Source: Actinomycetales bacterium (GTDB lineage: Bacteria; Actinomycetota; Actinomycetes; Actinomycetales; Dermatophilaceae). Taken from it: 64,000 bases of DNA. The notes beneath the pieces were generated by a model. The model had not been told where the DNA came from, ran no database searches, and was given only the letters and a program-made list of their open reading frames with translations. Positions 57,456 to 64,000 of this stretch are shown one piece after another. Each line of letters starts with the position of its first letter. The first letter of the stretch is position 1. The position numbers were made by a program, and so were the translations under genes. The stretch spans positions 12,375 to 76,374 of the forward strand of contig JBBRWQ010000003.1 of assembly GCA_038249115.1 (NCBI GenBank). Reading direction: 5' to 3'.

Positions 57456-59642
57456 TCAGGCGTCGATGCGCTGGCGATCCAGCTCGGCCGCCGAGTCGAT
57501 GATGAAGTCCTTGCGCGGCGCGACGTCGTTGCCCATCAACAGGTCGAAGACCCGCTCTGCGACCTCGGCGTCCTTCAGTGTCACCCGTCGAAGTGTCCGG
57601 TGACGTGGGTCCATCGTCGTCTCGGCCAGCTGGTCGGCATCCATCTCGCCAAGTCCCTTGTAGCGCTGCAACGGCTGTTTGACCTTGCGGCCCTTCTTGT
57701 CCAAGGACGACAGCACGGTGCGCATCTCAACCTCGCTGTAGGTGTAGACGAGGTCGTTCTTCTTTCCGCCAGGGTTGATCACCTCTATGCGATGCAGGGG
57801 GGGCACCGCGGCGTAGACCCTGCCTGCCTGAACCATCGGACGCATGTATCGGAAGAACAGGGTCAGCAGCAGGGTGCGGATGTGGGCGCCGTCGACATCC
57901 GCGTCGGTCATGATGATGACCTTGCCGTAGCGCGCGGCGTCGAGGTCGAACGAACGGCCCGAGCCCGCGCCGATGACCTGCAGGATCGCCGCGCACTCGG
58001 TGTTCTTCAACATCTCGCCGACGGATGCCTTCTGGACGTTGAGGATCTTGCCCCGGATCGGCAGCAGCGCCTGATGATCGGAGGACCGGGCAAGCTTGGC
58101 GGTGCCGAGCGCACTGTCACCCTCGACGATGAACAGCTCGGTCCGGTCGACGTCACTGCTGCGGCAGTCGGCCAGCTTGGCGGGCAGGGACGAGGTCTCG
58201 AGGGCGTTCTTGCGACGTTGGGTCTCCTTGTGCAGTCGCGCGCTGATCCGCGACTTCATCTCGGCGACGACCTTTTCAAGCAGCAGAGCCGACTGGGCCT
58301 TCTCGCCGCGTTTGCCCGAGGTCAGCTTTGCGGTCAGCTCCTTCTCGATGACGTGGGCCACGATGGCCCGCACAGCGGAGGTGCCCAGGACTTCCTTGGT
58401 CTGACCCTCGAACTGTGGCTCGGCCAGACGAACAGTCACCACAGCAGTGAGCCCGGCCAGGATGTCTTCCTTGTCAACCTTGTCGGACCCGACCTTGAGC
58501 CGCCGGGAGTTGATCTCAAGCTGTTTTCGAAAGACCTTGAGCAGCGACTGTTCGAAGCCCATCATGTGGGTGCCGCCCTTGTGCGTGGCGATGATGTTGA
58601 CGAACGACACGGCCTTGGTCTCGTAGCCGGTGCCCCACCTGAGGGCGACGTCGATGCCGCAGGTGCGCTCGACCTCGGTGGGCGCCATGTGCCCTTGTGC
58701 GTCCAACACGGGCACGGTCTCGCGGAACGTCCCGGACCCCTGCATCCGCCAGACCTCGGTCAGGGCCGGGTCGACCGCCAGGAACTCGGCGAACTCGCTG
58801 ATGCCGCCCAGGTGGCAGAACGTCTCTTCGTGGGGACCGTGCTCGCCCGGCGTCCCCGGAACGCCGCGTTCGTCGCGGATCGCCAGAGTCAGACCCGGGA
58901 TCAGGTAGGACGTCTGACGGACCCGCGAGACCAGCTCGTCGTAGGTGACAGCCGCTTCCTTGATGAAGATCTGGTGGTCGGGCCAGTAGCGGACCCTGCT
59001 GCCCGTCCGGCTGCGGGGTGCCTTGCCGATGATCCGCAGCTCGCTGTTGTCCACGTATGCCGTGAAATGTGCGTCAGGCGACTTGGCCAGAGCGCCAGCG
59101 CCCTTGGCATCGTCAAAGACCCCGGGCTCGCCGCGACGGAAGCTCATCACGTAGGTCCGCATGTCTCGGTCGACCTCAACGTCGAGACGGGCGGACAGCG
59201 CGTTCACGACCGAGGCGCCCACGCCGTGCAGGCCACCCGAGGCGGTGTAGGAGCCACCGCCGAACTTGCCGCCAGCGTGGAGCTTCGTGAACACCACCTC
59301 GACGCCGGACAGACCAGTGCGTGGCTCCAGGTCAACCGGGATGCCTCGCCCGTTGTCGCGCACCTCCACCGAACCGTCGCCCAGCAGCACCACGTCGATG
59401 CGGTCGCACGCACCGGCCAGCGCCTCGTCCACCGCGTTGTCGATGATCTCCCACACGCAATGCATGAGCCCGCGCGAGTCCGTCGAGCCGATGTACATGC
59501 CCGGGCGTTTGCGAACTGCTTCAAGACCCTCGAGAACCTGCAGGTGGCGGGCCATGTATCCAGAGGTGCCAGCTTCAGATCTGCGGGCGCCTGACGTCCC
59601 GCCAGCCTTGGCGGTCTTGCTGGTGCGAGTGGCGATGGCCAC
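57456..59642 (-). CDS. parE: Type IIA topoisomerase subunit B (ParE/GyrB-like)
   Basis: Motifs LEGLEAVRKRPGMYIGS, GGLHGVGASVVNA, IVEGDSA and PIRGKILNV. GTG 59642 is preceded by AAAGGA. The track start at 59807 is probably too long. Confidence 0.85.
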   Translation of the reverse strand: MAIATRTSKTAKAGGTSGARRSEAGTSGYMARHLQVLEGLEAVRKRPGMYIGSTDSRGLMHCVWEIIDNAVDEALAGACDRIDVVLLGDGSVEVRDNGRGIPVDLEPRTGLSGVEVVFTKLHAGGKFGGGSYTASGGLHGVGASVVNALSARLDVEVDRDMRTYVMSFRRGEPGVFDDAKGAGALAKSPDAHFTAYVDNSELRIIGKAPRSRTGSRVRYWPDHQIFIKEAAVTYDELVSRVRQTSYLIPGLTLAIRDERGVPGTPGEHGPHEETFCHLGGISEFAEFLAVDPALTEVWRMQGSGTFRETVPVLDAQGHMAPTEVERTCGIDVALRWGTGYETKAVSFVNIIATHKGGTHMMGFEQSLLKVFRKQLEINSRRLKVGSDKVDKEDILAGLTAVVTVRLAEPQFEGQTKEVLGTSAVRAIVAHVIEKELTAKLTSGKRGEKAQSALLLEKVVAEMKSRISARLHKETQRRKNALETSSLPAKLADCRSSDVDRTELFIVEGDSALGTAKLARSSDHQALLPIRGKILNVQKASVGEMLKNTECAAILQVIGAGSGRSFDLDAARYGKVIIMTDADVDGAHIRTLLLTLFFRYMRPMVQAGRVYAAVPPLHRIEVINPGGKKNDLVYTYSEVEMRTVLSSLDKKGRKVKQPLQRYKGLGEMDADQLAETTMDPRHRTLRRVTLKDAEVAERVFDLLMGNDVAPRKDFIIDSAAELDRQRIDA

Positions 59643-59969
59643 GGACGTCCTTTCGGTGCAACGGAAGGCCGGCTTGGCCAGCCTGGAACTCACTGGCAGG
59701 TTATCGCCCAGGGCTGACGCCAAGCCATCAGGCACGCGGAATACGGGCCCCACGAGCATTGCGCGGAGAGCGAAACGCGACGCAACTTTGTCCATATGGC
59801 GTCTCAATGCACTTTGGGAAGCAATCCACGTGTTTGACTGTTACATCCGACGAATAGGTTTGCCGTCAACCGAAAACGACGAGGGAGAGAGTACGACGCA
59901 CGAGGACCGGGTACCCGCGAGATGCGCTCATCAGGTGAATAACGACGCAACGCCCAATACGACGAATGG

Positions 59970-60203
59970 ATGGCTGACGTGACAACTGCACTGGCACCGA
60001 CCTTGACCGCAGCCGACCGCTGCGACCGCTGTGGCGCCCAGGCCTATGTGCTCGCCCGCCTCACCTCTGGTGGCGAACTGATGTTCTGCGCGCACCACGG
60101 CCGCGAGCACCTGCCCAAGCTCGGGCCCCTCGCAACCGAGATCCAGGACGAGACCAATCGTCTGCACGACACGCCCGCCTCGGCCGGCGTCCACGAACGC
60201 TAG
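59970..60203 (+). CDS. Small conserved Cys/His protein (DUF7455-like)
   Basis: 77 aa with a CDRCG...FCAHH zinc-ribbon-like pattern. Confidence 0.55.
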   Translation: MADVTTALAPTLTAADRCDRCGAQAYVLARLTSGGELMFCAHHGREHLPKLGPLATEIQDETNRLHDTPASAGVHER

Positions 60204-60226
60204 ATCCCCAGACCGACTGGTTCGCC

Positions 60227-60709
60227 ATGGACGGGCTCACCATTGTGGTGGCCCTGATCATGCTGGTCGGCCTCATCGGCATCGTCGTGCCGGTGCTTCC
60301 CGGACTGTTATTGGTGTGGGCCGCCGTCCTGCTCTGGGCCTACGAGATGCAGACGGCTTCCGGCTGGGTGGTCCTCGGGATTGCCACGACGATGGCCCTT
60401 TCCGGTTTCCTCCTGCAGTACCTCCTGCCGGGTCGCCACATGCGCATGGCCGGGGTCACGACGTCCACCACCTTGACTGGAGCCGGGCTGGCGGTTGTTG
60501 GCTTCTTCGTGATCCCCGTCGTCGGCGCTTTCGTCGGCTTCGCGCTGGGGATCTACCTGTTCGAGCGGGTCAAACTGGGCGCCCACCCGGCCGCATGGTT
60601 GTCCACCAGGCACACGCTCAAAGCCATCGTGCTGAGCATGGGTATCGAGCTGTTAACCGGCATGTCGGTCGCCGGCACCTGGGTGATCGGCGTACTCACG
60701 ACCGCCTGA
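60227..60709 (+). CDS. DUF456-like membrane protein
   Basis: 160 aa with 4 hydrophobic segments. Confidence 0.7.
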   Translation: MDGLTIVVALIMLVGLIGIVVPVLPGLLLVWAAVLLWAYEMQTASGWVVLGIATTMALSGFLLQYLLPGRHMRMAGVTTSTTLTGAGLAVVGFFVIPVVGAFVGFALGIYLFERVKLGAHPAAWLSTRHTLKAIVLSMGIELLTGMSVAGTWVIGVLTTA

Positions 60710-60769
60710 GTTCGGCTCCTAATGCTGGTTTATGGCCCCAATGCCAGGGCTTACGACGTCGGCCAATTT

Positions 60770-60814
60770 TTCCCTCTTCGCGCCATGAGCGGAAGGATTT
60801 CCCGGCCGTCATCG
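60770..60814. repeat. Imperfect direct repeat, copy A (ttccctcttcgcgccatgagcggaaggatttcc...)
   Basis: Core 60770-60802 matches 62016-62049 at about 30 of 34 aligned columns (one 1-nt indel). Confidence 0.8.
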
Positions 60815-60975
60815 GTGACCTCGGCGCAGGCCCTGACCGAGTTGGCCCCGCTAGCACGAGTGACGAGATAGGGATGCTGACCGGCACGTCGAACACCTCA
60901 ACTTGGACGCCGTCGACCACGCCCTCGCCGTCCCAGATGGGGCTCACCATCGCCTTGCGGTGACGTGCCCACGGG

Positions 60976-61242
60976 TCAGGAGGCGTGCTGTTCGCCAAGT
61001 TTGTCGAGTAGAAGGGACCGAGCCAGTGTCGATGCGGGCAGGTGCCGTTGTTCGGCGGCCCGCTCGATCGCGTCGTATTCGGACTGCCGCAGCCGCAGGG
61101 TCAGCATGCGGGACCGATTCGGCCAACTGATGGAGGCGTCCGCCGGGAACTCGGTCTCCGGGTCGGCGTCGGCGGCTGCCTCAACACGAGCCGCCTCGTC
61201 CTGCAGCTCGTGAGCCAGCTTTGAATCGAGTCGCTTGGTCAT
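60976..61242 (-). CDS. Ribbon-helix-helix (CopG/BrnA-like) antitoxin candidate
   Basis: 88 aa. The C-terminal MLTLRLRQSEYDAIERAAEQRHLPASTLARSLLLDKL fits a beta-strand plus two helices, as in an RHH. ATGA overlap with the upstream ORF. Confidence 0.65.
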   Translation of the reverse strand: MTKRLDSKLAHELQDEAARVEAAADADPETEFPADASISWPNRSRMLTLRLRQSEYDAIERAAEQRHLPASTLARSLLLDKLGEQHAS

Positions 61243-61532
61243 GAGGTTCTCCCTTCGGTGTAGAGCCGCAGCGCGCGGCCGGTGGCTGGCCACGCGGTCA
61301 TGCCATGCAGGTCGCCGTCCAGATCTCGGTAGGCGAGTACAAGGAGCACGGCACCAGCGGCGGCCGAGTAGCCGATGATGGCCAGGGCATTGACCCGTGA
61401 TGTCCAGTAGGGGTCGACCTGGACGGCGTCGATGTCATTGACTGCCTCGACTGTCCAGGCGAGCTCGATGTCGACCGCGCCGGAGTAGCGCTGCGACCGG
61501 GCGAGGTGCTTCGCGGCCGCGTCTGACCACAT
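61239..61532 (-). CDS. Toxin candidate (about 97 aa), possibly distant BrnT-like
   Basis: Small ORF translationally coupled upstream of the RHH gene. The pattern W....AKH...(30 aa)...IIGYS..G.VLLVLAYRD...L.GMTAWPATGRALRLY loosely parallels the BrnT (DUF497) layout. The start is uncertain (ATG 61532 or GTG 61541). Confidence 0.45.
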   Translation of the reverse strand: MWSDAAAKHLARSQRYSGAVDIELAWTVEAVNDIDAVQVDPYWTSRVNALAIIGYSAAAGAVLLVLAYRDLDGDLHGMTAWPATGRALRLYTEGRTS

Positions 61533-61653
61533 CACCTCCACAACCTCAAGTGTACACGAATGTCTTACATAATCGGACAGGATTGCAGTCGTCGATGCCA
61601 GACTCACTGCCACCCCGAACCGGGATCTCACCCGGTGCGCTGAGCGCACCTCG

Positions 61654-61989
61654 ATGTACAGGACCGCTCCGGTCGGCGATCCCTTATCGAACGCGCGACT
61701 CGCGCCAGACATCCGGTCGTTCCTGCGGGCTGCGCTTGGTGCATACACTCGGCTGGTGACGATAGTGGTACGCGACCTCCCGCCACTTGCGCGCTTCGTC
61801 GTTGTCGGCGCGGTTTCCCTCTATGTGGTGGGAGGCATCGTCGGGCTGATCGTTGGCCTGTTCGCGTATCCGCCGACGGCATGGTTCGCCGTGTTCGAAG
61901 TCGGGATCCCGGGGGCGATTGTCGGGGCGATCGTTGGGCTCCTGGTCGGCGCATTCGCCATCACAATCCGAAAGCTAACGCACCGCTAG
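61654..61989 (+). CDS. Small 2-TM membrane protein
   Basis: Two Gly/Val-rich hydrophobic helices (FVVVGAVSLYVVGGIVGLIVGLF, IPGAIVGAIVGLLVGAFAI). The start could be GTG 61756. Confidence 0.5.
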   Translation: MYRTAPVGDPLSNARLAPDIRSFLRAALGAYTRLVTIVVRDLPPLARFVVVGAVSLYVVGGIVGLIVGLFAYPPTAWFAVFEVGIPGAIVGAIVGLLVGAFAITIRKLTHR

Positions 61990-62015
61990 CACCCGCTCCT
62001 CGCCCGCTGCGCGAG

Positions 62016-62060
62016 TTCCCTATACGCGCCTATGAGCGGAAAGATTTCCGAGCGGCATTC
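62016..62060. repeat. Imperfect direct repeat, copy B (ttccctatacgcgcctatgagcggaaagatttcc...)
   Basis: See copy A. Confidence 0.8.
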
Positions 62061-62212
62061 CGCCGGCACGCGCGCCGGAAAAGGAGCAGTCTTCGGAGCA
62101 GGTGGACGCTGCTCTCCCTCATCTCGGTCGTTCCGTGGCGGGATCCGCCTACGGGGACAACCGGTGGATACGGATCGCCGCGTCTGGGGTGAGGCGATCG
62201 GCGCCGGGTGCG

Positions 62213-63979
62213 TCAGCTCAGGCCTAGAGCGGCCCGTAGGCGCGCCGGGCTCATCGTGCCGGGGCGGCCGTCGTCCTCAGGGAAGGAGTCGAGCAGTCGG
62301 ATCAGGTCGGGGCGCCGGGTGGGGTCGTTCGCGCATTCGCGGGGTGTGTGACCGGCCAGCGCGGGGATCGGCTCGTCGAGCCAGGCCGTCTCGTAGTTGC
62401 GGGCCATCTCCTTCAGCGCGGCGGCGATCGCCGGATCCGCGCCCGGGTCGAGGAAGGTGGCGGCCGGTGCTGCCGCGCTGCTCGCGGCAGGGCGCTGGAC
62501 TGCTCGGAGGTCGCCGACGGGGTCGCGGGTCTCATGGAGCACGGTCGCTGAAGGGTCAAGTTTGCTGATCGTGGCCAGGACGCGTTCGAGGCGGGCCTCG
62601 CTGTTGGCGTTGACGTACAGCTCGTCCCCACGCAGCTTGATGTTCGCGCGGATCCGCTCCATGCCGTGGGTGATCACGTGCTCGGACCAGGACAGCGTGG
62701 CATCCGGCTCGTCCTCGTCGCGGTCGTATTCGCCATCCAGCGACAGGGCCAGCCGGGCCGGGTCGGTGATCCGCAGCGTCGCATCGCACATCACCAGCGA
62801 CTCGCCCTCGGTGTTCTGCAGCACCGGTGGGGCAAATCGGCGGGACAGGAATGCGACGAGCTCGACGGGGTCGGGATCGTTGTCGAGTAGTGCAATAAGC
62901 TCGTCGCGTTCGCCGAGGGATACCGGTTCGATCCCACCGAAGATCTGCATCGTGTCGCCCGCCGGGACGACCCGGGCGCAGTACAGCTCGCCCACCTTCA
63001 CCTGCAGGCTGCCGGCCCGCTCGCGCACGTCGTGGACGTCGCCGGTGCGCACGTCTCGGAACGTGACCTGTTCGCCGCGTCGAACGGCGACGACCTCGTG
63101 CACCGAACGTTGGCCGAGGAGCCACTGCGCGGCCAGCAGCCGCTCGTCTTCGGGCAGCAACGACCCACGCACGGCAAGGAAGTCTTCGAACGCGCCACCC
63201 TCGAACAGCACCGCGTCGCAGGCCAGACCGTCCTGGATCGCCCGCTCGAGCGCGTCGGGTGAGTCCCAGTACCGTGCACGCGCCTGCACGGCCTGGATGA
63301 GCAGCGGGCCGGACGGGCCGTCGAGCAGGTCCGCCCCGGCCTTTTGATACAGCCACGCGGCCCGCTCGGCCAGCGGCAGCTGCTCGCTGTGCCGGTGGCA
63401 CACCTTGTACTTGCGGCCCGAGCCGCACCAGCACGGGTCCTTGCGACCGATACCGGGGCGCGGAACGGGCCGAAAATGTTCGAGCAGCTGCACCAGTTCG
63501 TGTTCGGGGGGCGCCCCGGCCCGACGCAGCAGGGCCAGCCCGCGCTCGGCATCGCCGCGGTCGCTGACATAGCGGGCCAACGACATCAGCGTCAACGGCC
63601 ACGATGGGTCCAGCGACTCGGCGGCACCGAAGGTCTGCTCGGCCAGTTCGATGTCGCCAAGCCGCTCGTACGCCTTCGCCCGCAGCCAGCGCAGCGCCGG
63701 GCGCGCCGCGCGCGGCGCCAGCGGCTCCACCGACTCGGCGAACAGCCCCAACGCGACAGCGCCACGATCCTCATCAACACTCGACTCGGCCAGCACGGCA
63801 GCCGCGACGGCCGGTTCAGCAAGGAATCCCAGCGCCGCGCGCACCGTCGTGTGATCGAGGTCCAGCTTCGGGTCGCCGTCCGATGGCGCCGGATCGAGCT
63901 GCAGCGGCGTCAGCTGGGACACGAGGTCGGCGAGCTCCTGGGCATCGCCGTCTGCCTGGGCACTGGTCACGGCGTCCAC
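62213..63979 (-). CDS. SEC-C metal-binding motif protein with TPR-like N-terminal region
   Basis: CWCGSGRKYKVCH SEC-C motif at about one third of the length. There is no in-frame stop between 63979 and the window end, so the true 5' end may lie beyond 64000. Confidence 0.75.
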   Translation of the reverse strand: MDAVTSAQADGDAQELADLVSQLTPLQLDPAPSDGDPKLDLDHTTVRAALGFLAEPAVAAAVLAESSVDEDRGAVALGLFAESVEPLAPRAARPALRWLRAKAYERLGDIELAEQTFGAAESLDPSWPLTLMSLARYVSDRGDAERGLALLRRAGAPPEHELVQLLEHFRPVPRPGIGRKDPCWCGSGRKYKVCHRHSEQLPLAERAAWLYQKAGADLLDGPSGPLLIQAVQARARYWDSPDALERAIQDGLACDAVLFEGGAFEDFLAVRGSLLPEDERLLAAQWLLGQRSVHEVVAVRRGEQVTFRDVRTGDVHDVRERAGSLQVKVGELYCARVVPAGDTMQIFGGIEPVSLGERDELIALLDNDPDPVELVAFLSRRFAPPVLQNTEGESLVMCDATLRITDPARLALSLDGEYDRDEDEPDATLSWSEHVITHGMERIRANIKLRGDELYVNANSEARLERVLATISKLDPSATVLHETRDPVGDLRAVQRPAASSAAAPAATFLDPGADPAIAAALKEMARNYETAWLDEPIPALAGHTPRECANDPTRRPDLIRLLDSFPEDDGRPGTMSPARLRAALGLS

Positions 63980-64000
63980 CAGCTCGCGCGTCTGCTCGCA

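Larger units (their letters stand above)
60770..62060. mobile_element. Possible islet / decayed integrated cassette bounded by direct repeats
   Basis: The repeats bracket a toxin-like/RHH operon and a divergent small membrane-protein gene. Codon third-position GC looks lower than in core genes (by eye). No recombinase gene is present. Confidence 0.3.

Noticed and set aside
57450-59594. 714-aa ORF on the plus strand
   Set aside because: It is antisense to the parE-like gene, which carries unmistakable GHKL and Toprim motifs. It is a shadow ORF.
59834-59860. TTGACT ... TAGGTT as a sigma-70-type promoter for the DUF7455-like gene
   Set aside because: The spacer is only 15 nt and there is no independent support. 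It is too weak to list as a feature.
60696-60998. 100-aa minus-strand ORF between the DUF456 gene and the RHH gene
   Set aside because: Only the first ~30 codons from ATG 60950 look coding (high GC3). The remainder is Arg/Lys/Gly junk that crosses repeat A. It is treated as a possible truncated remnant inside the islet finding, not as a gene.

Overview
High-GC (about 68-70 % by eye) actinobacterial chromosomal segment. It is densely coding, with about 57 protein genes. I recognised no rRNA, tRNA, CRISPR array, transposase or integrase. Most of the window is conserved core. From memory, gene order resembles the actinobacterial hemQ/hemE - rnd - dxs - trkA - dut - suhB neighbourhood (M. tuberculosis Rv2676c-Rv2701c). 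Recognisable genes: AidB-like acyl-CoA dehydrogenase, glgX, ppk2, LigC-type ligase with a stand-alone LigD-Pol/Prim-PolC-like primase-polymerase, a secreted LTD+EEP nuclease, msrB, three coproporphyrin-pathway heme genes (chdC, hemE, cpfC), RNase D, fadA/fadB, dxs, acnA, a TrmA-like methyltransferase, an APC permease, two trkA genes, dut, an IMPase, sepH, tdk, a Pat-type GNAT/NDP-forming acyl-CoA synthetase next to an AMP-forming acyl-CoA synthetase, and parC/parE-like topoisomerase genes. The main things worth a second look are listed here. (1) A ~1 kb lower-GC, repeat-dense islet sits between ligC and the prim-pol gene, and part of it is bounded by a 32-bp direct repeat that duplicates the prim-pol 3' end. 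(2) A ~1.3 kb islet is bounded by a ~34-45 bp imperfect direct repeat and carries a toxin/RHH-antitoxin-like pair plus a small membrane protein, next to a large SEC-C protein. (3) An XRE-HTH::MurA-like fusion gene is preceded by a TCACATGTGA palindrome. (4) A perfect 18-bp palindrome lies just upstream of the acnA RBS. (5) A sucrase/ferredoxin-like gene, translationally coupled to parC, is broken by a 1-nt frameshift in a C-run. (6) The hemY/cgoX slot between hemE and chdC is occupied by an opposite-strand lipoprotein gene. (7) A perfect 3 x 15-bp tandem repeat lies between the two trkA genes. All function calls come from motif and family recognition by eye; no database search was run. Many long ORFs in the six-frame track are antisense shadow ORFs or false N-terminal extensions typical of high-GC DNA, and I rejected them.
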